In this document: positions 20,801-30,943 of the stretch, in pieces
Position numbering within the stretch: the first letter of the stretch is position 1
How the letters are laid out: each line of letters starts with the position of its first letter
Assembly (NCBI GenBank): GCA_024636855.1
Contig: JAGXGG010000075.1
Coordinates: 23,360-87,359, forward strand
Source of the DNA: Ignavibacteriota bacterium
GTDB taxonomy: Bacteria > Bacteroidota > Ignavibacteria > Kapaibacteriales > UBA2268
Direction: 5' to 3'
DNA length: 64,000 bases
The notes under the pieces: model-generated
Seen by the model: the letters and a program-made list of their open reading frames with translations, nothing else
Told to the model about the DNA's origin: nothing
Database searches by the model: none
Translations under genes and position numbers: made by a program

Positions 20801-21335
20801 GAGGTCTAGTATAAGCGTCTTTTGATTTTTCTATTTTCCCATTGTCAGGGTTAACGTAGTAGTGTCCTTGCTTGCTCCCCGTAATACCATAAGCGAAGTT
20901 CAACCCAGTATTAAACCACTGAGGTGAGTTAGGAGCTGCAGCTTGATTCATAAGCATATATGCCGCTTCTTCGTAGAATATTTCAGCATCTTTTGTAGTG
21001 TCGAAATAATTGTTTTGCTCGCCCCAATGTCTCCAAGTACCAGCAAGTCTATGAATTACTTGCTTAACTGAATTTTCTGAGCCAGTAGCATGTTCGCCAT
21101 TTTCATCTTTGACTTTCTTACCTTTCTCGTCGAAAAGAGGTACACCCGCTTTTCTGAAATACTTTTGTGCCAATATATCGGTAGCCATTTGAGACCATCC
21201 GATTGGGACTTCTACATTTTTCATATCGAAAACAGTTGAGCCGTCTGGGTTCTTTATAGTTGATGAGCGGTGTGTATATTTGAAAAGGTCATATACGTTC
21301 ACGTCATCTTTGGTAAAATGTCGAGAAAATTTCAT
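17817..21335 (-). CDS. nrdJ: Class II (B12-dependent) ribonucleotide reductase
   Basis: APNSPQWFNTGL, PQPHACFIQ, NASNPCSEY, IAPTGTIG and GAISKTVN motifs; C-terminal Zn ribbon CEDCGTTSGCS. Confidence 0.97.
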   Translation of the reverse strand: MKFSRHFTKDDVNVYDLFKYTHRSSTIKNPDGSTVFDMKNVEVPIGWSQMATDILAQKYFRKAGVPLFDEKGKKVKDENGEHATGSENSVKQVIHRLAGTWRHWGEQNNYFDTTKDAEIFYEEAAYMLMNQAAAPNSPQWFNTGLNFAYGITGSKQGHYYVNPDNGKIEKSKDAYTRPQPHACFIQSVSDDMLNEGGIFDLITREARIFKFGSGTGSNFSRIRSSEEPLSGGGVSSGMMSFLKIFDRAAGAIKSGGTTRRAAKMVVVDIDHPDVEQFIEWKAREEEKVAALVTGSRINKVFLEAIMEEAITNSPDIEKNQTLKELIKRGAHRGVPLNYMDRVLDLVKQGFTSVDTEAFDTHYESAAYNTVSGQNANNTVRVTNEFMKAVEADEEWELKWRTDEMHVRRVRARDLWNKINLASWKSADPGLQYDTTINEWHTCPESGRINASNPCSEYMFLDDTACNLASLNLMKFFNEETSEFDIEAYKHAARIWTVVLEISVLMAQFPSKRVADLSYKFRTLGLGYANIGSLLMVNGIPYDSNEALAWTGALTSILCGQAYATSAEMAKELGAFPEYKLNEKHMLKVIRNHKRAAYNAKTSEYEGLTIRPQGIDTRFCPQDMLTAAREVWDNALEMGEHYGYRNAQVTVIAPTGTIGLVMDCDTTGIEPDFAIVKYKKLAGGGYFKIVNQSVRKALVKLGYTETEIEEITKYSKGHGTFAGCPEINKVSLIEKGFTEDKIKLVEDQLDDVFDIKFAFNKWTLGEDFMMKLGLSDEEIADSSLNLLAALGFTAEQIEKANDYVCGTMMIEGAPHLKDEHLPIFDCANTCGKKGERSIAYMAHVRIMAAAQPFISGAISKTVNMSGSATVNNISEVHMKSWKLMLKAIALYRDGSKLSQPLNSANYDGLEETVLLGDEHTLDETLGAKEMHEQIEGKSVRKSQRYKLPKRRKGTIREATVGGHKIFLRTGEYEDGQLGEIFIDMYKEGAAYRGMLNSFAILASKALQYGVPLEELVDTFTFTRFEPAGMVQGHEAIKNSTSILDYVFRTLGYDYLKRNDLVHVFAVDEDKNNPNGGDTPELQSPESKANDIDDKGGSQPDEKDIAKSIIAPQLVQLKASTTIDAGRAQKQAELDEARSLGYTGEMCSTCSSSRVKRNGSCTVCEDCGTTSGCS

Positions 21336-21701
21336 AGTGGGGCACCTATATTAGTAATAAATCATTGATTACACTCAGCATAATGACTTACAAATAATTT
21401 GGTGAAGTAGGGTTCACAATTAGATTAGCGGCTACTTCGGCAAATTATTTATTGATAATGACACAACTAAGTGGATACAATTAAAATGTTTTTTTTGATT
21501 CATTACAAGGTGTAATTATCAACACCAATCAATGATAGGACTTTCAAATTATCCACATTGTTTTGCTTATATTTTTTCCTTTTTGGAATGTAGTTTTATG
21601 CTGCTTTTCTAAAATAAAAAATAAAAATGTTTTATGCAAACGTAAGGTCTTAATTAATATTGTGTTAAGGTGGGGTTATAAATTAACAGTACTACCGATA
21701 T

Positions 21702-22853
21702 CTATTTATCCAGCCAACTCTGAAAAAAAGGTTTGATGAAGTATTGAGGTATAAGGCTTTTGATTACTTTGAAGTCCTGTTTGAGTGTACTTTCACTATC
21801 TAGGAATGCAAGTACATCAGATGCTTTTGCAGAAGAAAACATGTCGGTAAACAATTGATGACCTTTGTATTTTCCATCCGCTAGTACTTTCAGTAAAGTA
21901 CTGTCATATAGTTTGTGCTTCAGAGATATATGTTCCTCTGTGTAGTGAGGAGTTCCATTCGATTGATAACTATTTATGATCTTTGTAATAGTCTTCTGTG
22001 TATTAGTAAATGTATAACCTGTGGAGCCACGAGTATCTCCTCCTACAGTACCAATATTTATTATATTACCATCTGCTCTAGCAAAAGGATAGTCAGTCAT
22101 AGGAATAACACCAAATTCGCTATCTATTATCTTGTAATCATTGATATTTAGAACTTCAGTTATGTATTCTTCTATTCGCTTATCATAAATTTCCTTTTCT
22201 AATAGCTTATCGGAGAATAAAGTATACTCTACTAATGCTGTAGTTTCCGAGGTTGGAAGTACATAGAAGAATGTATTACCGTTTTCTTGACTTGTCCGAA
22301 AATCCATCAGATAAATTTGTTTTGGGTCTAGGTTCAGTTCATTGGATTCTATTACTACTCCTTTGAAATGCTGTAGCAGGTATGTGTGCTTTTCTTCTAA
22401 TTTAGGTTTATCATAAATGGAGTTGAATACATATTCAGAATGGTAAGTGTGACTGTCTGTAACTACTTCACAGCTATTCCCAATTGAAGTTACGCTTTTG
22501 ATATTATCATTTAGTATAGTCAAATTCGATTGGGATTTCAAATAATCTAATGTATGATTGTAAAAGTCAATACTTCGTATCATATTATAATTATAATCAC
22601 CTGTATTAAGCAGAAAGCTTTTGTTGTCAACACTGAAAAAGCACATCTCGTCCCACTTTCTATATATTATTTCTTCAAAAGGGGAGATGGAGTTTTCCCA
22701 AAAGCACCATGTTCTATCATTGACAGATTTGTCGCTCTTATCGATTAATAAGATAGATTTGTTAGCCCAAACACCTGATAACAAATCTCTATATACTAGA
22801 CTGAGCCCAGACATTCCACCACCGCAAACTATAATGTCATATTCCATTTTCAT
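21702..22853 (-). CDS. Lycopene cyclase family FAD-dependent protein
   Basis: YDIIVCGGGMSGL, NDRTWCFW, LQHFKG, LMDFR, EFGVIPM and STGYTF motifs. Confidence 0.9.
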   Translation of the reverse strand: MKMEYDIIVCGGGMSGLSLVYRDLLSGVWANKSILLIDKSDKSVNDRTWCFWENSISPFEEIIYRKWDEMCFFSVDNKSFLLNTGDYNYNMIRSIDFYNHTLDYLKSQSNLTILNDNIKSVTSIGNSCEVVTDSHTYHSEYVFNSIYDKPKLEEKHTYLLQHFKGVVIESNELNLDPKQIYLMDFRTSQENGNTFFYVLPTSETTALVEYTLFSDKLLEKEIYDKRIEEYITEVLNINDYKIIDSEFGVIPMTDYPFARADGNIINIGTVGGDTRGSTGYTFTNTQKTITKIINSYQSNGTPHYTEEHISLKHKLYDSTLLKVLADGKYKGHQLFTDMFSSAKASDVLAFLDSESTLKQDFKVIKSLIPQYFIKPFFQSWLDK

Positions 22854-22891
22854 AGATTGTCAGGTGAATAATAGTTAGAATTATTATGAAG

Positions 22892-23602
22892 TTAAAATGC
22901 TAAAATAAAGCGAAGCATTTCGGGTAGCTTAGATAGAGAAATTAATCTAAATCCGAGGAATGTACCAAAGCCGATGAATGTAACACCTGCTGCTTGCTTG
23001 ATTCTGAAAATCATATTCGTAGAGAATTTGTGCTTATACTTGTTAGTTAAAGTGGCAATGAAATTGACCCAAAACAGATTTCCAAGACCGAAGCCAAGAG
23101 CAAATAAGAAATTAGATATTGCTCCACCATTCGTCATACCAGCTTCGTGTACCCAGATAGTAACGGCCGCAAGAGATGGTAGGAAAGTAGGATTCGCTAG
23201 ATTTGTTAAAGCGATTGCTATACCGAGGAAAACAGGTCCTTTTTTACCTAATTTGGATGCGTAGCCTGATGTAGCTTCATCACCTTTTTTAATTTTTCTT
23301 TTTTTCGCTTTTAGATTTAGGAAACCGATGATAAATAATGCAGAAATAGTACCAATTTGGAATACTAGATATGCAGCAGGATAATCTTTTGAAAAACTAC
23401 TAAGTGTAGATATAGCAGCCGTAGTAGCGAATATAACGCCCAAACAGTAAATAAAATCCATTATGGCATTGCCTAGAGCGAGATGAAACCCAGCTTTTTT
23501 GTTCTGGAATAACCCAATCTCAATAGCTGTTACCCCCACAGGTCCAGGAGGAAGAGCCAAAGCAACACCAACTATGAAACCAAATAGTATAGATAAATCC
23601 AA
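22892..23602 (-). CDS. LysE family translocator
   Basis: LPPGPVG and LTNLANP motifs; multi-TM. Confidence 0.85.
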   Translation of the reverse strand: MDLSILFGFIVGVALALPPGPVGVTAIEIGLFQNKKAGFHLALGNAIMDFIYCLGVIFATTAAISTLSSFSKDYPAAYLVFQIGTISALFIIGFLNLKAKKRKIKKGDEATSGYASKLGKKGPVFLGIAIALTNLANPTFLPSLAAVTIWVHEAGMTNGGAISNFLFALGFGLGNLFWVNFIATLTNKYKHKFSTNMIFRIKQAAGVTFIGFGTFLGFRLISLSKLPEMLRFILAF

Positions 23603-23753
23603 GAGAACCTAATGGTTGTTAGAAATATAGAAATATGTCTTTCGACTTATATCCAAAGAGCAAGTAACGAAAATAAAATATAAAATCAAAATTACCTTCT
23701 TAACAAAGGGGGGTATGCTATAATGTATGATAGAGTTACGCTGCCGAATAATA

Positions 23754-24374
23754 TTAATGAATAGTCAATGTAAGTCCAATACCACCAACGAAACCAGATA
23801 TATCTGAATTCTCGATTCCGCTATATTCGAGACCAGATATAATGCGATAACCAATGTTAAAATCAATTAGAACATTATTTGTGATATGAAAATAAATATT
23901 CGCTTCAGGCTCAATATTGAATAACCAATCACCTGTTAGGTCATCACTAATTGGTGAATTTCCGAAGCTAGTAAACGTAGCACGGCCAAATCCTATGTTC
24001 AAACCTACTGAGAATGGTAGAGAGTAGCTATTAGAAACAAAATAATCAACATTGAAGCCATACAAATCATAGAGTAATGCGGCTTTTAGATTGTTACCAT
24101 TGGGTTCAAATATCACAGAATTATCAAATAAATAAAAATAATGTGCTCCTATTACCAAATCATCTGTTGCGTATATACCTAGCTTGATACCAATATCATT
24201 CATCGAATAGGTATCATTAGTCGTATATTTATACTTTGCCGAGATCATAGCTTTATTATTAGCGTTAGTTTTCAGCGGTTCTGTCTCATATCTATCGTAT
24301 TGACCACCTGGTAGCTCCTGCGAGTACAGTGAGCTACTGATAGATAGTAAGATGATAGCTATGATATATTTCAA
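23754..24374 (-). CDS. Outer-membrane beta-barrel protein
   Basis: Signal peptide; FNIEPE...NIGYR beta-strand pattern. Confidence 0.75.
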   Translation of the reverse strand: MKYIIAIILLSISSSLYSQELPGGQYDRYETEPLKTNANNKAMISAKYKYTTNDTYSMNDIGIKLGIYATDDLVIGAHYFYLFDNSVIFEPNGNNLKAALLYDLYGFNVDYFVSNSYSLPFSVGLNIGFGRATFTSFGNSPISDDLTGDWLFNIEPEANIYFHITNNVLIDFNIGYRIISGLEYSGIENSDISGFVGGIGLTLTIH

Positions 24375-24764
24375 TTATTTTAACCTATTGATAACGGACT
24401 TTAGTTTTTCTTCTACTTCGTGTGCTATAGCACCTAACTTCTCATTCTCGATTGCTTGCATAGATGCCATAGGGCTAACAGCAGTTACATCGAATTCACC
24501 TTCTCCAGCTTCTACTACTATTACATTGCAAGGTAGCATAACGCCAATATTGTCTTCTATGCTTAACGCTTTATAAGCAAAATGAGGATTGCACGCTCCT
24601 AATATACGATACTTTTTGAAATCTACATCTATTTTTTCTTTCAAAGTTTTAGTCACATCTATTTGAGTTAATACCCCAAATCCTTCTGTCTTTAGTTCTT
24701 CAGTTACTCTTTCTATTACTTCTTCGAATTCGCCTTTTACCTTTGTACTATATGAGTAGTTCAT
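24375..24764 (-). CDS. DUF302 domain protein
   Basis: EGFGVLTQIDV, YRILGACNP and GVMLPCNV motifs. Confidence 0.93.
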   Translation of the reverse strand: MNYSYSTKVKGEFEEVIERVTEELKTEGFGVLTQIDVTKTLKEKIDVDFKKYRILGACNPHFAYKALSIEDNIGVMLPCNVIVVEAGEGEFDVTAVSPMASMQAIENEKLGAIAHEVEEKLKSVINRLK

Positions 24765-24899
24765 ATGCTATTGTCCTAACTTTAAGTGAAACTTATTATT
24801 ATTTTGTAAAGTATAATAACATAAGAAGTAGCAAAATTCAAAATATTTGATTTTATATTTATCATATTACAATTATATAATACTAAAGGAATTACTGAA

Positions 24900-25559
24900 G
24901 TGAACACTAATATACTTTCTAAATTACTAAGCAAATACAAAAACCTAGCACTTCTCGTGTTACTAGCTGTGATAGCTACTTCATGCGTATCTATAGAAAC
25001 AACATCTTACTCTGACCCAGATTTTACAAATAAAAAATATTCTAAGTTTTGTGTTTATTCGGTAGAGCAAAACCTCAACAAACGTGCTTTAATAGAAAGA
25101 GTATTCGTGGAGGAATTCAAAGAAGCAGGGATATATGCTGTAGAAGGATCTAATATATTCCCACCTACTAGAACATGGGAAGAGGGTGAATTCCAATCTC
25201 AGCTTATGAAAAATGGGTTCGACGGATTTATTAAAATAGAAATCATGGATGAGGTAGTCAATGAAAGAGTTATTCCTCAAGTACATACTAATACTGAAAC
25301 TACGACTACCAAGAAAAAGAATGGTAAAGATGCTACTGTAACTAATACTAATACTTATGTAACGAATGATATAGATGTATATATGAATAATCAATTCCAA
25401 GCAGATTTAGTAGACGTAGCTACTAATAAAGTCGCTTGGAAAGGCTATTCGAGTACTTCAGCCCAAATCAATATGGTCGGTATGGATATAGAGACTATTA
25501 TTGAAAAATTCGCAGAAGACGTAATAGAAGAAATGCAAGCCAAAGGGCATATCAAATAA
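24900..25559 (+). CDS. Lipoprotein (DUF4136-like)
   Basis: Lipobox IATSC; LVDVATNKVAWKG. Confidence 0.75.
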   Translation: MNTNILSKLLSKYKNLALLVLLAVIATSCVSIETTSYSDPDFTNKKYSKFCVYSVEQNLNKRALIERVFVEEFKEAGIYAVEGSNIFPPTRTWEEGEFQSQLMKNGFDGFIKIEIMDEVVNERVIPQVHTNTETTTTKKKNGKDATVTNTNTYVTNDIDVYMNNQFQADLVDVATNKVAWKGYSSTSAQINMVGMDIETIIEKFAEDVIEEMQAKGHIK

Positions 25560-25567
25560 AGATATTA

Positions 25568-25605
25568 CAAGTGTCCACAAATCCTATCCGAATTGTGGAC
25601 ACTTG
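25568..25605. terminator. Hairpin after the lipoprotein gene
   Basis: caagtgtccacaa...ttgtggacacttg, 13-bp stem. Confidence 0.6.
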
Positions 25606-25710
25606 ATATATTAAGTTAATCCCACTAAGGGGGTAACTCTGCTATAAGTAATATCTTATATCCCTAACTCCCTCAAGTCAAAATCTAAACTCAAATAAAT
25701 TCATTATTCT

Positions 25711-25740
25711 TGAGACATTTTTGCTGTTCATGTGTCTATA
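25711..25740 (+). promoter_or_regulatory. GAGAY-N17-GTCT motif, orphan copy
   Basis: tgagacatttttgctgttcatgtgtctata; similar copies at 31146 and 48617. Confidence 0.4.
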
Positions 25741-25787
25741 GATTATAGGGAGATGCTACCTGAACTAAAAGCATAGGTGTTTGATAT

Positions 25788-25851
25788 GGGACTAAAGTCC
25801 AAAAAGTATTTTGGAATGATTGCTATCCGTTGGCTAAAGCCAACGGCAATA
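25788..25851. repeat. REP-like palindromes, family B
   Basis: gggactaaagtcc and atccgttggctaaagccaacggcaata. Confidence 0.75.
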
Positions 25852-25901
25852 CAAAATAACATTTTGATAATTCTGTAAATTCTGATTTTGACTAATGGAG
25901 A

Positions 25902-26495
25902 TTACACCAACTTATCTGCATTTATATCGCTCATAGATTTGAGTGTACCATGCTCAGCTATGTTATGTAGTGCCTTCACAGCTTTTAGGATTGATTTGGT
26001 TAGTTCGCCGTTCCATTCTTCCTCGGTGAATTCGGAGAGTACATAGTCAACCAGCTCTCCAGGGCCGAAGTTCTTGCTAATACCCATTCGTAGTTTGTAG
26101 AATTGGTCTGTATCTAAATGAAAAAGTAGTGATTTTAGTCCATTGTGACCACCAGCACTACCACCAATTTTCAAGTGAATTTTACCCAACTCAAAATTGT
26201 ACTCGTCAACTAGTACTATTATATTTTTCGTAGGAACTTTATATTTCTTAATTGCAGCTCGTACAGATTCACCCGAATTATTCATATATGTAGTCGGAAG
26301 TAGGCAAAGTATGTTCTTGTCACCAATCTGTACTTTCGCTTGGAATGCCTGCAATCCGTCAGATTGGTTGAAGTCCTTATTGTTGCGAAGCACAAATTCA
26401 TACAGAGCAAGCCATCCAATATTGTGGCGAGTCTTCGAGTACTTTGATCCTGGGTTGCCTAACCCAACGAATATATAGTCGAATGTATTTTTCAT
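25902..26495 (-). CDS. pth: Peptidyl-tRNA hydrolase
   Basis: GLGNPG...TRHNIG, PTTYMNNSG and GGHNGLKS motifs. Confidence 0.97.
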   Translation of the reverse strand: MKNTFDYIFVGLGNPGSKYSKTRHNIGWLALYEFVLRNNKDFNQSDGLQAFQAKVQIGDKNILCLLPTTYMNNSGESVRAAIKKYKVPTKNIIVLVDEYNFELGKIHLKIGGSAGGHNGLKSLLFHLDTDQFYKLRMGISKNFGPGELVDYVLSEFTEEEWNGELTKSILKAVKALHNIAEHGTLKSMSDINADKLV

Positions 26496-26509
26496 AATTA
26501 ATTAAGTAT

Positions 26510-26546
26510 AAAAAAAGGGTATTCTTAAAATCAATCAAGAATACCC
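26510..26546 (-). terminator. Terminator between rplY and pth
   Basis: agggtattctt...aagaataccct plus T run on the minus strand. Confidence 0.7.
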
Positions 26547-26569
26547 TAAAAATATTAATCGAAGAGCGA

Positions 26570-27217
26570 TTATTCGCTAGCAGCCTCTTCGCCACCTTCA
26601 GTTGCAGCTCCTTCTTCACCGATTGAGTCTTCATCCTCATCATCCATGTCGATAGTAGTGCCAGCAGTAGCAACTCTCGGGCGAGATACACCAGCTATTA
26701 CAGCATTGCCTTTTACAACAACTTCCAATTCGCCTAAGTCAATTTCATCTAGTTTGATTAATTTACCTATTTTCAATTTAGAGATATCTACTTCGATAGT
26801 CTCAACCAAATCTTTAGGGAAACATCTTACTTTAACTTTTCTTAGTACGTGGTTCAATATACCACCATTTCTAACACCAATTGATTGACCAACTAGAGTG
26901 ATAGGAATGTTTACTACTATTCTGTTACCAGGAGTTAATCCCATTAAATCAAAGTGAAGAATTTCATCTGTGATTGGGTCGAATTTAACTTCCTTTAGAA
27001 TACATTTTCTATTTTCTTCTTCGTCTATTACCAAATCAACTACATTAGTCAATGAAGTGAAAACGATAGATTTCAAATCTTTGAAATTAGAAGTAATAGG
27101 AACTGACTCAGTACCATTGATGTAGTAAACACCAGGTATAAAGCCTTGTCTTCTTACGTCACTTACTTTCGTACTCTTAGCGTCTCTTTTAGCTACTTTT
27201 AATTGTATAGAAGCCAT
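26570..27217 (-). CDS. rplY: 50S ribosomal protein L25/Ctc
   Basis: RRQGFIPGVYY, DPITDEILHFDL and GVRNGGIL motifs; prs-rplY-pth context. Confidence 0.96.
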   Translation of the reverse strand: MASIQLKVAKRDAKSTKVSDVRRQGFIPGVYYINGTESVPITSNFKDLKSIVFTSLTNVVDLVIDEEENRKCILKEVKFDPITDEILHFDLMGLTPGNRIVVNIPITLVGQSIGVRNGGILNHVLRKVKVRCFPKDLVETIEVDISKLKIGKLIKLDEIDLGELEVVVKGNAVIAGVSRPRVATAGTTIDMDDEDEDSIGEEGAATEGGEEAASE

Positions 27218-27238
27218 AATTAAAAACCTGTTTAAATA

Positions 27239-28177
27239 TTATCTTTCAATTTCAAAAAGTGAACTTACCGACCGATTGTCGTGAGTTCTACTGATAGCTT
27301 CGGCAAGCAACTCAGCTACCGAAACCACTGTTATTTTCTTTGATTCTTTACGCAATGGGATAGTATCTGTTACTATCATATTGTCTATTGCATCGCTCTT
27401 TTCAATTCTTTCTATCGCTAACCCAGAGAAAACTGGATGAACGCAAACACCGACTATTCGTCTTGCACCAGCCGCTTTTAATCCTTCAGCAGCACCAACA
27501 AATGTTCCGCCTGTATCTATCATATCGTCTAGGATGACTATGTCTTTTCCTTCGACTTCGCCTATGATATTCATAACTTCCGATTTGTTATGTCCAGAGC
27601 GACGTTTGTCCACTAATACTAAATCACCGTCCAATCTCTTTGCATAAGCTCTAGCAGTACGAACACCCCCTACATCGGGAGAAGCTACAGTTGGGTTTTT
27701 AATTCCCATCTTATTAATAGCATTAATCAATACATTAGATGCGTAAAGATTATCAAGTGGTATATCAAAGAAACCTTGTATTTGAGACGAGTGTAAATCA
27801 ATCGTTATTACTCTATCTGCACCAGAACGAACTAATAAATTAGCTAATAATTTAGAGGTAATAGCTACCCTTGGTTGATCTTTTCTATCCTGACGAGCAT
27901 ACCCATAATAAGGTATAACGGCAGTAACTCTACTAGCAGAAGCTCTTTTAGCTGCATCTATTAGCATAAGTAGTTCAAAGATATTGTCAGTAGGTGCGAA
28001 AGTAGATTGTAATATATATAAATCTACTCCTCTAACATTCTCATTGTACTTTACCCAGATTTCACCATCGCTAAAATTTTTGATAGAAGTATCAGCAAGT
28101 GAAACTCCTAGTGATTTAGCCACCTTGCTAGCAAGAGGTAAATTGGATCTTCCGGTGGCAATTTTGAAATCTGACAT
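27239..28177 (-). CDS. prs: Ribose-phosphate pyrophosphokinase
   Basis: FSDGEI, PYYGYARQDRK and DDMIDTGGT motifs. True start is MSDFKIATG at 28177; the longer ORF-track start runs through the tRNA. Confidence 0.97.
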   Translation of the reverse strand: MSDFKIATGRSNLPLASKVAKSLGVSLADTSIKNFSDGEIWVKYNENVRGVDLYILQSTFAPTDNIFELLMLIDAAKRASASRVTAVIPYYGYARQDRKDQPRVAITSKLLANLLVRSGADRVITIDLHSSQIQGFFDIPLDNLYASNVLINAINKMGIKNPTVASPDVGGVRTARAYAKRLDGDLVLVDKRRSGHNKSEVMNIIGEVEGKDIVILDDMIDTGGTFVGAAEGLKAAGARRIVGVCVHPVFSGLAIERIEKSDAIDNMIVTDTIPLRKESKKITVVSVAELLAEAISRTHDNRSVSSLFEIER

Positions 28178-28197
28178 TAGTACACACTGTATATTAG

Positions 28198-28269
28198 TTG
28201 GGATGGCAGGGTTCGAACCTGCGTATGACGGTACCAAAAACCGTTGCCTTACCACTTGGCCACATCCCA
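28198..28269 (-). tRNA. tRNA-Gln(TTG)
   Basis: TGGGATGTGGCCAAGTGGTAAGGCAACGGTTTTTGGTACCGTCATACGCAGGTTCGAACCCTGCCATCCCAA folds as a cloverleaf with anticodon TTG; CCA not encoded. Confidence 0.95.
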
Positions 28270-28435
28270 ATATTATAAAAAACACGCTCTGACTATATCA
28301 GAGCTTACAAATATAATTGATGGATTATTAAATACCAATAATTGATGTAAGTTTTTTTGAAATAATTTACTTTTTATCTAATTATCCTAAAATCAGAACA
28401 CTTTTAATTAAAAATTTACTTGACTGTTTCGTTAC

Positions 28436-29872
28436 CTACTTCCTTATTATCGTTACTTTTCTAGTTTTATCTGACTCTAATACAATAATTATGTAATTTT
28501 CGTTGATTTGTTCTAAGTTGATTGTATTATCATTCAATTCTGATTCTTCGAGTAAAATCCCCGAATAATTGTAGATTCTGTAGCTTTTGAATTCACTTTT
28601 AGGTAAATATAAAATACCATTACTCAATAGAATGTTATCAGAATTTTTATTACTAAGTATGGAAGAGGTAGGGTTTACCTCAAATGCTCCCATAGTTGGT
28701 GGATTTGCATACAATAACGAATCATAATCAAATGTTGATTTACTTAACTCTTTGCCTCTACCGGCCATGACCAAAGATTTTAATGGATAAATATCAAATC
28801 CATATTTTTGTCTTAGCTCAGGACTAGTTCCGGTTATACTATTAAGGTCTTCAGATGGCAAATTGTGATTCCAAGGCTTACCTTTTTCCTTATACCATAA
28901 ATTATTATAAAACTTGAAAGATTCAGGTCTAGTATTTGAACCAATATTTACGGTCATACTAAGCGAGTCATCGAACTGGACTGCATTATTATAGAAACTA
29001 TTATCACCACAAGACAGAAACCTATCTGGGTCAACAGTCTCTTGTAAAATTCGAAAAACCCATTTGCGTGAGCCGACTATAGTATTATTATATACGTGAC
29101 TATTGACAGTACCTACAAAGGCAACTGCACATTCACCTCCTACGAAGACATTCGCATATATTGACATATCTTGTGATTCTGTTTTCGAATCTTGAGGACG
29201 AAAATATGCCAATCCGGTACTGCCGCCTATGTTTACAGCTCTGTTTCCACCATTTATAAACATATTTCGAGTTATGTTTATATTTCGAGTCCCTCCCTTC
29301 GCCTGAATGCAATTGGAACCCATATTCTCGAAGTAATTATTAGCTATCAGACCATTGTGGCAACCCACCATATCTATTCCGCTACCACCTTCAGAGCCGT
29401 TGACGAAAGTACAATTAGTAACCTCAAAATCTTCGAATCCAGACAGTTTGAGTAGATCATTATTTCCAGTCCCAGCCATATCACGAAAAGTACAATTATC
29501 TATCTTTATATGATGAGTAGGAGTGTTGTAACTGCCAGCATCATCTATATTCATTCCGTTCAGTATTTGTTTTTCTATAATTAAATTCGAGATATGTACA
29601 TATTCACAATCAGAGAGTTGCAAAGCGGTATTTCCACCACTGTATGTAGCGTTTTCTTTACCTATTATATATATCCAATTACTAGGATTGCCTTTCAGTT
29701 CAGCAACTTGGTCTCCCAGAGTCAATGTACCTTTTATAAGTATAGTATCTCCTGGAATTGCAATACCAGAAGCACTAGAAAGTGATTTATATTCACAATC
29801 AGTGCATACTTCGAACTGCCTAGCCGACATTAGGATAGGTAATAATAATAAGAGTAATGCTGTTGTCTTCAT
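28436..29872 (-). CDS. Secreted right-handed parallel beta-helix protein with T9SS-like tail
   Basis: PGDTILI, repeated IDNCTF/VTNCTF/IANNYF turns, signal peptide. Confidence 0.85.
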   Translation of the reverse strand: MKTTALLLLLLPILMSARQFEVCTDCEYKSLSSASGIAIPGDTILIKGTLTLGDQVAELKGNPSNWIYIIGKENATYSGGNTALQLSDCEYVHISNLIIEKQILNGMNIDDAGSYNTPTHHIKIDNCTFRDMAGTGNNDLLKLSGFEDFEVTNCTFVNGSEGGSGIDMVGCHNGLIANNYFENMGSNCIQAKGGTRNINITRNMFINGGNRAVNIGGSTGLAYFRPQDSKTESQDMSIYANVFVGGECAVAFVGTVNSHVYNNTIVGSRKWVFRILQETVDPDRFLSCGDNSFYNNAVQFDDSLSMTVNIGSNTRPESFKFYNNLWYKEKGKPWNHNLPSEDLNSITGTSPELRQKYGFDIYPLKSLVMAGRGKELSKSTFDYDSLLYANPPTMGAFEVNPTSSILSNKNSDNILLSNGILYLPKSEFKSYRIYNYSGILLEESELNDNTINLEQINENYIIIVLESDKTRKVTIIRK

Positions 29873-29937
29873 AAATTAAATTGAAAAGTTATTTTCTGTA
29901 AGTTAAATAAAATTCAAATACGTTATTAGCAAAAATT

Positions 29938-30882
29938 ATGAAAGGCAGATTCAATATAAACCCAGCACTCCAAAAAGCAATTTTCATTGTGGCTGTATTA
30001 CTTTGTCTTTCTTCTTTTGTATCAAGCCCTGTTGCTTTAGTAGGTGGCTTTCTATTTGTATATCTCTTCGGGCATCCTTTTCCCGATTTGAATAGTAAGT
30101 CAGTAAGTCTGTTACTTAAGGTTGCTGTAGTCGGCTTAGGTTTCGGAATGAATATTACTCAGGCACTAGCAGCTGGTAAAGATGGTTTTTTACTTACAGT
30201 ATTTTCTATTCTATTTACTCTAGTTCTTGGCTATTTAATTGGCAAAAAGTTAGGGATGGAAAAACGGACAAGTCATCTCCTTTCTTCGGGTACAGCTATT
30301 TGTGGTGGAAGTGCAATAGCTGCTGTTGCTCCTGTTATCAATGCTACTGAGAAAGATATGTCCGTTTCATTGGGTGTTGTATTCCTTTTGAATTCAATAG
30401 CTCTCGTTTTATTCCCCATTTTAGGTCATCTATTTTCTTTGGATCAGCATCAGTTCGGTCTATGGAGTGCTATAGCAATACACGATACTAGTTCAGTAGT
30501 AGGAGCCGCCTATTCTTACGGTGAAGAAGCATTACGAGTAGCCACTACCGTAAAACTAGCAAGGGCATTATGGATTATTCCACTTTCATTTGTTTCTCTA
30601 TATCTATTCAAGGGCAAGGGAAAAAGCATTAAAATACCTTGGTTCATTTTCCTATTCGTAGTTGCGATACTGGTAAATTCGTATCTACCTATACCAGAGG
30701 TACTGACAAATAGTATAACAACTGCATCCAAGTCATTACTAGTACTCACTTTATTTTTAATAGGAGCGGGGCTCTCTATAGAAAAGATAAAATCTGCGGG
30801 CTGGAAACCAATGATATTAGGGCTTTCTTTGTGGGTTGCTATATCAGTGGCCTCGTTATTTCTGATAGTGAATTTGTATTAG
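29938..30882 (+). CDS. YeiH/PSE family putative sulfate exporter
   Basis: GTAICGGSAIAA, AIHDTSSVVGA and TTVKLARALWI motifs. Confidence 0.93.
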   Translation: MKGRFNINPALQKAIFIVAVLLCLSSFVSSPVALVGGFLFVYLFGHPFPDLNSKSVSLLLKVAVVGLGFGMNITQALAAGKDGFLLTVFSILFTLVLGYLIGKKLGMEKRTSHLLSSGTAICGGSAIAAVAPVINATEKDMSVSLGVVFLLNSIALVLFPILGHLFSLDQHQFGLWSAIAIHDTSSVVGAAYSYGEEALRVATTVKLARALWIIPLSFVSLYLFKGKGKSIKIPWFIFLFVVAILVNSYLPIPEVLTNSITTASKSLLVLTLFLIGAGLSIEKIKSAGWKPMILGLSLWVAISVASLFLIVNLY

Positions 30883-30943
30883 GAAGGAATATCCGAACAA
30901 GATTGCTAGATAGATAAGATTGACATGATGATTTGAATGAGTC

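Noticed and set aside
17817-21335. Intein or intron in nrdJ
   Set aside because: Continuous ORF with the expected motif order; no intein splice or homing-endonuclease motifs seen.
21340-21480. Possible NrdR boxes or cobalamin riboswitch upstream of nrdJ
   Set aside because: Only weak partial matches (e.g. acacaactaagtgg); no recognisable B12-box.
25869-25893. aattctgtaaattctgattttgac-type short repeat (similar at ~15367)
   Set aside because: Too short and degenerate to define an element from this window alone.
28178-28285. N-terminal extension of Prs given in the ORF track
   Set aside because: It runs through tRNA-Gln; homology to Prs starts at MSDFK (28177).
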